Source: Oscillospiraceae bacterium
Lineage (GTDB): Bacteria; Bacillota; Clostridia; Oscillospirales; Oscillospiraceae
Length of the DNA: 64,000 nt
NCBI GenBank assembly: GCA_022793095.1
Contig: JAAWCD010000002.1
Span: 13,037-77,036, forward strand
Direction of reading: 5' to 3'
Shown here: in pieces, positions 56,404 to 64,000 of the stretch
Numbering within the stretch: the stretch's first letter is position 1
Layout of the letters: each line of letters opens with the position of its first letter
The notes under the pieces: generated by a model
Seen by the model: the letters and a program-made list of their open reading frames with translations, nothing else
The model's database searches: none
What the model was told of the DNA's origin: nothing
Program-made: the position numbers and the translations under genes

Positions 56404-56854
56404 AAAAAAGCTGGAACGAAAGACAGTTACAATGTATACGGACGGGGCCTGCTCGGGCAATCCGGGCCCGGGGGGCTGGGGCTGCATTTTGATGTACGGC
56501 GCGCACAAAAAAGAGCTGTCCGGCGGAGAAGCTCAGACCACCAACAACCGGATGGAGCTGACGGGCGTGATTTCCGGCCTGCGGGCGCTGAAGGAACCCT
56601 GTACTGTGGACCTCTATTCAGATTCCAAGTATGTGATTGACGCGCTGGAAAAGGGTTGGGCCAAGGGCTGGCGCGCCCGCGGCTGGGTGAAAAGCGACAA
56701 AAAGCCGGCCCTGAATCCAGATCTGTGGTCGGCGTTGCTGGAGCTTTGCGAGTACCATACAGTGAGGCTTCACTGGGTGAAGGGCCATGCGGAAAATCCC
56801 TATAACAACCGTTGCGACGAGCTGGCCGTGATGGAGAGCCGTAAGTTTAAATAG
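56360..56854 (+). CDS. rnhA: ribonuclease HI
   Basis: [16 protein letters not shown]...TNNRMEL...SDSKYVI...[18 protein letters not shown]. The start is ambiguous: 56360 overlaps the previous gene, and 56432 gives MYTDGAC. Confidence 0.87.
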   Translation: MKSMRKSGRSCKGGEKKLERKTVTMYTDGACSGNPGPGGWGCILMYGAHKKELSGGEAQTTNNRMELTGVISGLRALKEPCTVDLYSDSKYVIDALEKGWAKGWRARGWVKSDKKPALNPDLWSALLELCEYHTVRLHWVKGHAENPYNNRCDELAVMESRKFK

Positions 56855-57105
56855 TCTTTTATGCATGCCCGTTTTGCTTTCGTGTTCTGGACCTCTTATA
56901 GTCCTGTTTCCTAAAAGTGTACCCATTCTTTAAAATGATATAAAAATATGCAGTATTTTGTCACGTTCTCCTTTACAGGTGATATGGAAAGCAGCGATGT
57001 GATAAGTTATAAATATTTCACACTTTGCGATTGACAAAGCGCATGGAAAGTGATATCTTTATAACATCCATGAAGTTAAAAATATATCACTTGGAGGAAT
57101 GGAGC

Positions 57106-57510
57106 ATGAAGTCGAAAGTCACCTTAAAGGAAGTTGTAGGAACAAAAATTATTTATGCGGTACTTCTTGTCTGCTATTACTGGATGTGGGCAAGAAGGGA
57201 TTGGCATAGTTATTATGAAACCATCCAGAATACAGTTGTTATATTTACCATTATATTTTTTGCGTTGCAGGCAATCCGCATTTATAAGTACAGCAAGGAA
57301 GAAAAAGACGAGCTGGCAATTCAAAATTTACGCAGAACAGATGCAATCGGATTGAAAGTTATGATAGCCGCTGATAGTATCATTGCCTTTGCCTGTGCTG
57401 TCAAATGTATTGATGAAGCAATGGCAGGCTACGCGCTTGTTGGAATGATATTAGTATTAGCTGTTGTACGATTTATCATATTTTGTGTGATGGACAGCAA
57501 GGGAGTCTGA
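57106..57510 (+). CDS. small 4-TM membrane protein (partner of the short XRE regulator)
   Basis: 134 aa, AT-rich. GGAGGAATGGAGC precedes the ATG at 57106. Confidence 0.6.
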   Translation: MKSKVTLKEVVGTKIIYAVLLVCYYWMWARRDWHSYYETIQNTVVIFTIIFFALQAIRIYKYSKEEKDELAIQNLRRTDAIGLKVMIAADSIIAFACAVKCIDEAMAGYALVGMILVLAVVRFIIFCVMDSKGV

Positions 57511-57571
57511 TGTCCTCGGGCTGTCATACGATTTGTCATATTCTGCGTGCCGGACAGTAAGGGAGTCTGAT
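57461..57571 (+). repeat. imperfect tandem duplication (51 nt x 2, period 60)
   Basis: 57461-57511 versus 57521-57571: 42/51 identical. Both copies end in AAGGGAGTCTGAT. Confidence 0.85.
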
Positions 57572-57775
57572 ATGGCCCTTAAAACGAAGGTCAAGGAATA
57601 TCGGGAAAAAGCAGGATTAAAACAGAGCGAATTGGCAGAATTGGTACATGCGAGGCGTGAGACGATTGTGCATCTGGAAAACGGGAGGTATAATCCATCC
57701 CTGAAGCTGGCGATGGATATAGCAAACGTTTTTCATGCGACGGTGGAGGAGCTGTTTGAATTTACAGATAACTGA
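57572..57775 (+). CDS. short XRE-family HTH regulator
   Basis: MALKTKVKEYREKAGLKQSELAELVHARRETIVHLENGRYNPSLKLAMDIANVF. Confidence 0.88.
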   Translation: MALKTKVKEYREKAGLKQSELAELVHARRETIVHLENGRYNPSLKLAMDIANVFHATVEELFEFTDN

Positions 57776-57844
57776 TTCTGGAAGCCATACAGGGAGCGAT
57801 TGATTTCCATCAAGATTTTTTGGGGCGAATGAGTAAAGCAAAAA

Positions 57845-57874
57845 GGAACCGCATGAGACAGCTCATGCGGTTCC
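57845..57874. terminator. bidirectional intrinsic terminator
   Basis: AAAA-GGAACCGCATGAG-N4-CTCATGCGGTTCC-TTTTT. Confidence 0.8.
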
Positions 57875-58039
57875 TTTTTCATTAGAGCAGGACACGAAAA
57901 TAATGAAAAAAAGGAAGCGAGGACAAAGGAGGCAAAACAAGGCAGACGGCGCAGGCGAGCTGACGCCCGTCAAGGAGGACAACGATGTTATGCCTCTTTT
58001 GGACCGCTGAACGTTTCTCATTATTTTTGGGTGCTGCTT

Positions 58040-59599
58040 TTAGGTTCCAAGATAAGAGAAGTGCATGTAATCCCGGTTATACTCACCCCAGGCGTCACCG
58101 CCCCAGGTGAAGCCGTACTTTTTGAAGATGCGGACCACAGAGCAGTCCTCGGAGAAAGAATAAGGGTTGATACCTGGCTCCCAGGCATTGCCGACTTTAA
58201 CTTCAAAGTTAATGACCTGGGGATTGGCGCTGACATTGATATCCAAAGCCAGGCCCCACTTGTGCTCGGAGCTGCTGCTGTCTCCACGCCAGGAATAACC
58301 GCCTATGTCAGAGATGGGGAACTGTTCCGGGTCGTTGAAGATCTCGTTGAACACGGACCAAATGATATGTTCCAGCTTCTCGTGGACCGTAACCGTCATG
58401 TTGCCGGCGGTCTTGGTTCCGTCGCCGTTCAGCTTCCATACCGGAACCTTGACTGACACCATATGAGGCTGAGTTTCCGCCTGTGTAGCGTACCGGGGGC
58501 CGCCGTCAAAGATATAATCCTCTGGGTCGGTCCAGTCGCCGCCATAATCATACCAGCCATATTCGTCTACGGCGGGCACCAGACCGGAGGAGTTGAAGTA
58601 GAAGTTCATATCGGTAATGATGGGGTAGGGAATGGGCAAATCAGGGGATTTCAGCTCGTTGTTGAGCACCCGGTAAGCCAACACAATGGCCTGAGCCCGG
58701 CTGCTGGGGCTGAGGGGGTCAATGAGGCCGTTGCTGCCGTTGACCACACCGTAATAGAGAAGGGTGCTTGTGGAAGGCTTGGCCCAGTCAGCCACCTGTG
58801 TGCCGTCCACATAGTAATTCAAAAAGGCCATGGCGGTGAAGAGGGAGAGACTGTTGGTCCAGCGGGTGCTGTCCATCAGCTCTGCCATCATCTTAAACAT
58901 CTCCTGCCGGGTGATCTGCTTGTCAGGCTGGAAGGTGCCGTCCTCGTAGCCGTTCACAAAGCCCAGCTCATGGGCCCGGTCAATGACCGGATCATTTACA
59001 TCGGAGAAATATTCGGAAGGCTTGTTCCCCTCATCCTCGTCTTCCCAACTGTCTTGATCGTCCCAATCATTCCAGTCGTCATTTTGATTGCTGTCGCCGT
59101 TTTCGTTGATGTCAGGACGGTCCGGCTTTTCCCGATCTTCTTCATCTAAAGGGTCCATCCACCAATAGTCATCCGGATCGTATACGGATGTAGAGCCGTC
59201 AGCATAGATAAAGTGCAAATCTCCGTATCCATCATACCAATAATCTACGATATTATCATCATAATAGTAGATGTCGGGGAGTTGGCCATCAATGGACTTG
59301 GCCGTCTGGGGTGCGCTGTACCAGATCCAGGGATAGAAAAAATAATCATCATCGTAATAAGAGCCTGAGGAGCTGCTCCGGTTATCGTAGGCGGAGACAA
59401 TCACATGGCAGAACTCCCGCCGGGTGATGTTCTGGCTCAGGTCGGCGTTTTCCAGCAGCTCAGGAATGATTCCGGCGGCGTCAGCAGATTGGATTTCCTG
59501 GGTAAAGTAGTCAGGAACACCGGTATAGGCGGCCGCTGAGCCGATTAGAGAGCAGCAGAGCGCGGCCGCAAGCAGTGCGGCCAGGATACGGTTCTTCAT
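58040..59599 (-). CDS. secreted SLH-repeat protein with C-terminal M15 (VanY-like) peptidase domain
   Basis: Signal peptide MKNRILAALLAAALCCSLIGSAAA. SLH-like segments (ELGFVNGYEDGTFQPDKQITRQEM; VADWAKP...). The C-terminus carries SEHKWGLALDIN and DYMHFSY metal-ligand motifs. GGAGGG RBS. Confidence 0.8.
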   Translation of the reverse strand: MKNRILAALLAAALCCSLIGSAAAYTGVPDYFTQEIQSADAAGIIPELLENADLSQNITRREFCHVIVSAYDNRSSSSGSYYDDDYFFYPWIWYSAPQTAKSIDGQLPDIYYYDDNIVDYWYDGYGDLHFIYADGSTSVYDPDDYWWMDPLDEEDREKPDRPDINENGDSNQNDDWNDWDDQDSWEDEDEGNKPSEYFSDVNDPVIDRAHELGFVNGYEDGTFQPDKQITRQEMFKMMAELMDSTRWTNSLSLFTAMAFLNYYVDGTQVADWAKPSTSTLLYYGVVNGSNGLIDPLSPSSRAQAIVLAYRVLNNELKSPDLPIPYPIITDMNFYFNSSGLVPAVDEYGWYDYGGDWTDPEDYIFDGGPRYATQAETQPHMVSVKVPVWKLNGDGTKTAGNMTVTVHEKLEHIIWSVFNEIFNDPEQFPISDIGGYSWRGDSSSSEHKWGLALDINVSANPQVINFEVKVGNAWEPGINPYSFSEDCSVVRIFKKYGFTWGGDAWGEYNRDYMHFSYLGT

Positions 59600-59622
59600 A
59601 GAATCCCTCCACTTCATGTTAT

Positions 59623-59662
59623 CTTCTTTTCTTGAAAGAAAAGAAGCAAAAGAACTTTTTGC
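59623..59662 (-). repeat. family A unit A22 (tail truncated)
   Basis: CTTCTTTTCTTGAAAGAAAAGAAG + CAAAAGAACTTTTTGC. Confidence 0.85.
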
Positions 59663-59962
59663 AAAACGTTGTTTTGCTTTAACAACACATGTGTTCATTA
59701 TATACCTGCATTCGACAAATTTCAAGGAGGACAAGGAGAAATAAAAATCAGAGTTCCATTTTCCCATATATTTTTTGGATGTGAGCCTGCTATGAGGAAA
59801 GCCCATATCCATTGAAAGAAAGTTGCTTTTCAACGGGTGTTCCTTTATAATAATTTCGCCGGTAAATCCAGATTTATCGAAAGGATGCTGTAATGTTAAT
59901 TTGCGTTGCTTGCCGCAACGGGTTATTCTCCGTATAATAGCAGTGAAAGGAGGCCGTCCCTG

Positions 59963-60472
59963 ATGCTGAATGAAAACATTAAAACGATCAGAAAATCCAA
60001 AGGACTTTCGCAAGAGGAACTTGCAGTCAAGTTGAATGTGGTGAGGCAGACAATCTCGAAATGGGAACAAGGGCTGTCGGTTCCAGATGCTGATATGCTG
60101 ATTTCCATATCAGAGGTATTTGAAACACCTGTGAGCACACTGCTTGGAGAAACCGTTGCCGAGACGAAGGCTGATGACTTAAGAGCAATTTCCGAGAAGC
60201 TTGAGGTCATAAACCTACAGCTAGCGCATAGAAAAATGACGAGACAAAAAGCGGTTCATTGGTTTTTTATCTTATTGTGTATGGGTATAGCAGCTATTTT
60301 TGCAGCCCTGATAGAGTTAAATAGTCCTTATGTGGGTTGGGATTATGAGCAACCTGAAACCGCAGTAATCGGAGTAGTGTTTCACGCATGTGAGTGGTTG
60401 TTCGTTAGAATAGCGCCGCTTGTCTTGATTGGATCAATCGTTGGGGCTTGTTTGACACGAAAGAAAGTGTAA
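59963..60472 (+). CDS. XRE-family HTH protein with C-terminal transmembrane domain
   Basis: MLNENIKTIRKSKGLSQEELAVKLNVVRQTISKWEQG..., then two hydrophobic helices. GGAGG RBS. Confidence 0.8.
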   Translation: MLNENIKTIRKSKGLSQEELAVKLNVVRQTISKWEQGLSVPDADMLISISEVFETPVSTLLGETVAETKADDLRAISEKLEVINLQLAHRKMTRQKAVHWFFILLCMGIAAIFAALIELNSPYVGWDYEQPETAVIGVVFHACEWLFVRIAPLVLIGSIVGACLTRKKV

Positions 60473-60498
60473 AATCCTCTGAGATATGCAGCATAAAA

Positions 60499-60533
60499 AG
60501 GACAAGGCAGACCGCTCTGGTCTGCCTTGTCCT
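60499..60533. terminator. bidirectional intrinsic terminator
   Basis: AGGACAAGGCAGACC-N5-GGTCTGCCTTGTCCT is preceded by AAAA and followed by TTTC. Confidence 0.8.
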
Positions 60534-60535
60534 TT

Positions 60536-60573
60536 CAAGTTCTTTTTGCTTCTTTTTCTTGCAAGAAAAAGAA
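60536..60573 (+). repeat. family A unit A23
   Basis: CAAGTTCTTTTTG + CTTCTTTTTCTTGCAAGAAAAAGAA. It ends at the base before the aspS stop codon. Confidence 0.85.
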
Positions 60574-62355
60574 TTAAGCGTCCTCTTCTGTCTTAGTACA
60601 GGCGATGTTCAGCTCGTCCAGCTGCTTCTGCTCCACCGTACCCGGTGCGCCCATCATCAGGTCCTGGGCGTTCTTGTTCATGGGGAAGGGGATGATCTCC
60701 CGGATGGAGTCCTCGCCAGCCAGCAGCATCACCATCCGGTCCACACCAGGAGCGATGCCCGCGTGAGGCGGCGCGCCGTAGCAGAATGCGTTATACATGG
60801 CGGGGAACTTGGCCTTTACATCGTCCTCACCCAGACGGACCAGCTGGAAAGCCTCAATCATGATTTCAGGGTCGTGGTTCCGCACCGCGCCAGAGCTCAG
60901 CTCCACCCCGTTGCACACCAGATCGTACTGGAACGCCGTGATGGTCAGGGGGTCCACCTCACCGGCAGCCGCCTTCTTCAAAATCTCCAGCCCCCCATTG
61001 GGCATCGAGAAAGGATTGTGACAGAATTCCAGCTCGCCGGATTCCTCTCCAATCTCATACATGGGGAAGTCCACAATCCAGCAGAATTCATACCGCTCTT
61101 TGTCCATATGCTGGGGGCAGAACTGGCCCAGCTTGGTCCGGAGCACGCCGGCGGTCTTCTGAGCCGTCAGCTTCTTGCCGGCAGTCAGACCCACAAAGCA
61201 GCCTTTCTCCAGACCGAGGGTTTCCACTACCTGGTCCTTGATGGGCTGGACAAACTTGGCGATGCCGCCCACGATTTCGCCGTTTTCATCATACCGGAAC
61301 CAGTAGGCTTTCTCTCCGGACTGAACCTCAACATCAGCGCACAGCTTGTCAATCTGCTTCCGGGTGCCCTCGAAGCCGGTGACAACAACCGCTTCCACTG
61401 TGTTTCCCTCAAAGGGCCCAAAGCCGCAGCCCCCCAGCAGAGCGGTGGCGTCCTGCAAGGTCAGGTCAATCCGCAGGTCCGGCTTGTCCGATCCGTAGGT
61501 CTCCATGGCGCCGGTGAAGGAAATGCGGCGGAAGGGTGCGTCAGACGCGACATTATACGTGCCATATTTGGCGAAGATGGGGGGGAGCACATCCTCCAGC
61601 ACGGAGAACACATCATCCTGATTTGCGAAAGCCATCTCCATATCCAACTGGTAGAACTCGCCGGGGGAGCGGTCGCCTCTGGCATCCTCATCCCGGAAAC
61701 AGGGGGCAATCTGGAAATAGCGGTCAAAGCCAGAGGTCATCAGCAGCTGTTTGAACTGCTGGGGCGCCTGGGGAAGGGCGTAGAACTTGCCGGGATGCTT
61801 CCGGCTGGGCACCAGGTAGTCGCGGGCGCCCTCGGGGGAGGAGGCGGTCAGAATGGGGGTGGTGATTTCCAGGAAGCCATGGCCGGTCATAGCGGACCGG
61901 AGAGCGGATACCACATTGCATCGGAGCACAATATTTTTCTTTACTTCCGGATTCCGGAGGTCCAGGTAGCGGTACTTCAAGCGCTGGGTTTCGTCCGCCT
62001 CCCGGCTGCGGTTGATAGGGAAGGGGAGCTCGTTGTAGCGGCAGCGGCCCAGCACCTCAATCTTGGCGGGTACCACTTCAATGTCGCCGGTGGGAAGCTT
62101 GCTGTTTTTGCTGTCCCGTTCCCGGACCACGCCCTCCACCGAGATGGTGGATTCCTTGTTCAGTTCCTTGATAACGTGCATCATGTCTTCGGTTTCAATG
62201 ACAATCTGAGTCGTGCCATAGAAGTCCCGGAGAATCACAAAGGCGAGGTTCTGGCCCACTTCACGGACATTTTCCATCCAGCCAACCAGCTTGACCGTTT
62301 GGCCTGCGTGCTCCATCCGGAGGTCATTACAGGTGTGCGTACGGGATTTCATCAT
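60574..62355 (-). CDS. aspS: aspartate--tRNA ligase
   Basis: 593 aa with class IIb motifs (FRDEDARGDRSPEF-like FRDEDARGDRSPGEFYQLD, GGLEIL, APPHAGIAPGVDR). Confidence 0.96.
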   Translation of the reverse strand: MMKSRTHTCNDLRMEHAGQTVKLVGWMENVREVGQNLAFVILRDFYGTTQIVIETEDMMHVIKELNKESTISVEGVVRERDSKNSKLPTGDIEVVPAKIEVLGRCRYNELPFPINRSREADETQRLKYRYLDLRNPEVKKNIVLRCNVVSALRSAMTGHGFLEITTPILTASSPEGARDYLVPSRKHPGKFYALPQAPQQFKQLLMTSGFDRYFQIAPCFRDEDARGDRSPGEFYQLDMEMAFANQDDVFSVLEDVLPPIFAKYGTYNVASDAPFRRISFTGAMETYGSDKPDLRIDLTLQDATALLGGCGFGPFEGNTVEAVVVTGFEGTRKQIDKLCADVEVQSGEKAYWFRYDENGEIVGGIAKFVQPIKDQVVETLGLEKGCFVGLTAGKKLTAQKTAGVLRTKLGQFCPQHMDKERYEFCWIVDFPMYEIGEESGELEFCHNPFSMPNGGLEILKKAAAGEVDPLTITAFQYDLVCNGVELSSGAVRNHDPEIMIEAFQLVRLGEDDVKAKFPAMYNAFCYGAPPHAGIAPGVDRMVMLLAGEDSIREIIPFPMNKNAQDLMMGAPGTVEQKQLDELNIACTKTEEDA

Positions 62356-62431
62356 AAAAAATCAACTCCAATTTGTATTTTAGATTATTAGAATTACTAT
62401 TTGTTTTTAAATTAACCAGAAAAGAGATACC

Positions 62432-63901
62432 TTACGGCTTTGTTCTGCCCTCGGGAAGGTCCAGGTGATACTTCTGAACGAGATACCCTCGGTCCATGAT
62501 GGGAGCTGCCGGGCCGTATTCTTCCTCCAGCCGCTTGCGGAGATAGGCTATGCCCTCTTCCACCGGAAGCGTGATTTGCTTGAAATGGCCCGCTTCCTCC
62601 ATCTGCTTCACCTCTTCCGGTGTGAATTCGTTGTCATCCGCACGCTTCATGTCCTTCACCGTGGCCGAACCGTGTTTCACCTCGTCTTCTCCCAGGAACA
62701 CCACAAAGGGAATCCCAAGCTTATCCGCATAGCTGATTTTTGCCTTGAATTTCTTCTGCTCTGTATAGAGCTGAGTGCGGATGCCCTCCTTTCGGAGGCG
62801 GGTGGCGAAGTCAATGGCAGGGGAGAGGTCATCTGTCATGGGCAGGACCAGCACGTCCGCTGGAGCGGTAGACATTTGGGAATTGAGATACTCCTGTTCC
62901 TGTAAAACATAGAACAGGCGGGTCAGTCCAATGGAAATTCCGACTCCAGGAAGTTGTTTATTGGTGTAATATTCCGCTAAGTTATCATATCTGCCGCCGG
63001 AACAGATGGAACCGATCTCCGGATGGTCCAGCATAGTGGTCTCATAGACCGTACCAGTGTAGTAGTCTAATCCGCGTGCGATGGTCAGGTCCACAGCGAA
63101 ATGGTCCTCGGGAACCCCGAAAGCGGTCAGGTATCGGGTTACAGTAGACAGTTCTGTGAGGCCGGCATCGAACAACTCATTCTTTCCCCGGTAGCCTTCC
63201 AGAGCGGACAGCACTTCTGTATGATTGCCCTGAATGGCGATGAATTTCAGAATCTCATCCGCTTTAGCCTCTTCCACGCCGGATTCCACCAGCAGCTCCC
63301 GCACCTTGTCCCCGCCGATTTTGTCCAGCTTGTCCACGGTTCGCATGATCTCTGGAGCCTGCTCCGGCAAGTTCAGCATGGCGTAAAAGCCGTTGAGAAT
63401 CTTCCGGTTATTTACCCGAATCTGGAACCGGTGGAGGCCCAGGGTGGTAAAGGTGTTGTAGATGATGGCGGGAATTTCCGCCTCGTTGGTAATGTCCAGC
63501 TGACCGTCTCCGATGATGTCGATGTCCGCCTGATAGAACTCCCGGAACCGGCCCCGCTGGGCCCGTTCTCCCCGGTACACCTTGCCAATCTGGTAGCGGC
63601 GGAAGGGAAAGGTCAGTTCTCCATAGTGCAGGGCCACATACTTGGCCAGTGGAACCGTCAGGTCGAAGCGGAGGGACAGGTCGGTATCTCCCTTGGTAAA
63701 GCGGTAGATCTGCTTTTCCGTCTCGCCGCCGCCTTTGGCCAGCAGGACCTCGCTGGCCTCGATGAGGGGCGTGTCCAGCGGGGTGAAGCCATAACGGGAA
63801 TAGGTGGAACGGAGCAGTTCCATCATGCGCTCCATCTGCATCTGAGGCGCGGGCAGCAGCTCCATGAAGCCGGAAAGGGTATGGGGTTTCAGTTTTGCCA
63901 T
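62432..63901 (-). CDS. hisS: histidine--tRNA ligase
   Basis: LSGFMELLP..., RYGFTPLDTPLIE, LRFDLTVPLAKYV, YRGERAQRGRFREFYQ are class IIa HisRS motifs. 489 aa, with a C-terminal extension. Confidence 0.95.
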   Translation of the reverse strand: MAKLKPHTLSGFMELLPAPQMQMERMMELLRSTYSRYGFTPLDTPLIEASEVLLAKGGGETEKQIYRFTKGDTDLSLRFDLTVPLAKYVALHYGELTFPFRRYQIGKVYRGERAQRGRFREFYQADIDIIGDGQLDITNEAEIPAIIYNTFTTLGLHRFQIRVNNRKILNGFYAMLNLPEQAPEIMRTVDKLDKIGGDKVRELLVESGVEEAKADEILKFIAIQGNHTEVLSALEGYRGKNELFDAGLTELSTVTRYLTAFGVPEDHFAVDLTIARGLDYYTGTVYETTMLDHPEIGSICSGGRYDNLAEYYTNKQLPGVGISIGLTRLFYVLQEQEYLNSQMSTAPADVLVLPMTDDLSPAIDFATRLRKEGIRTQLYTEQKKFKAKISYADKLGIPFVVFLGEDEVKHGSATVKDMKRADDNEFTPEEVKQMEEAGHFKQITLPVEEGIAYLRKRLEEEYGPAAPIMDRGYLVQKYHLDLPEGRTKP

Positions 63902-63946
63902 GGTTTCATATCTCCTTTCATCTGATTAAAAATTGATTGTATTTGG

Positions 63947-63998
63947 AAAACAGCAAGATGCTCCCTTCCTGCACAAAAGCGTGCGGGACGAGAGCATC
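63947..63998 (-). promoter_or_regulatory. leader terminator hairpin upstream of hisS, possibly the 3' part of a T-box riboswitch (truncated by the window end)
   Basis: Minus strand: GATGCTCTCGTCCCGCACGCTTTTGTGCAGGAAGGGAGCATC followed by TTGCTGTTTT, about 45 nt before the RBS. The TCGTCCC segment is typical of the region just 3' of T-box cores. Confidence 0.45.
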
Positions 63999-64000
63999 AT

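Noticed and set aside
56855-60535. A prophage remnant or defence island.
   Set aside because: There are no integrase, structural, nuclease, toxin or methylase genes. Only small XRE regulators, membrane proteins and a cell-wall peptidase are present.

Overview
High-GC Firmicutes/Clostridia-type chromosomal replication-origin region; the taxon is inferred from gene content and synteny only. The centre reads rpmH-rnpA-yidD-yidC-jag on the minus strand, then the oriC DnaA boxes, then dnaA-dnaN-yaaA-recF-remB-gyrB-gyrA on the plus strand. The dominant gene strand switches at about 46.5 kb.

The left arm carries tadA, class II RNR nrdJ, a YtrA-type GntR plus ABC operon, and an FHA-SEDS/bPBP pair. 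It also carries asparaginase, an LCP protein, a NitT/TauT-type ABC importer, Crp/Fnr plus codBA, split transketolase, an LtaS-like protein and glyQS. Further along are YihY, a 1.4-kaa FtsX/MacB-type ABC permease with its ATPase and a TetR regulator, MscS, GNAT, an MBOAT+DHHW acylation pair, and the ricT-holB-darA-decarboxylase cluster. The right arm carries a SHOCT protein, rnhA, small XRE modules, an SLH/M15 peptidase and aspS-hisS.

I saw no rRNA, tRNA, CRISPR array, prophage or recognisable defence system. The coding content is largely ordinary housekeeping and envelope biology.

The unusual signal is in the non-coding layer:
- **Family A:** a ~45-nt AT-rich tail+hairpin unit, at least 23 copies. 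Its hairpins sit directly against stop codons and 15-38 nt upstream of start codons, and copies often form inverted doublets.
- **Family B:** a 180-bp structured MITE-like element, 3 copies. Two copies are flanked by 29- and 35-bp direct duplications of whole terminator hairpins.
- **Family C:** a 153-bp TIR element nested in the loop of a family-A hairpin.
- **Extra DnaA boxes:** TTTTCCACA-type boxes lie far from oriC, upstream of nrdJ and upstream of the holB operon.
- **ABC permease insert:** about 600 residues of heptad-repeat coiled coil are inserted in the ABC permease.

All coordinates were derived by hand from the printed sequence. Repeat boundaries may be off by 1-3 nt. No database search was possible.
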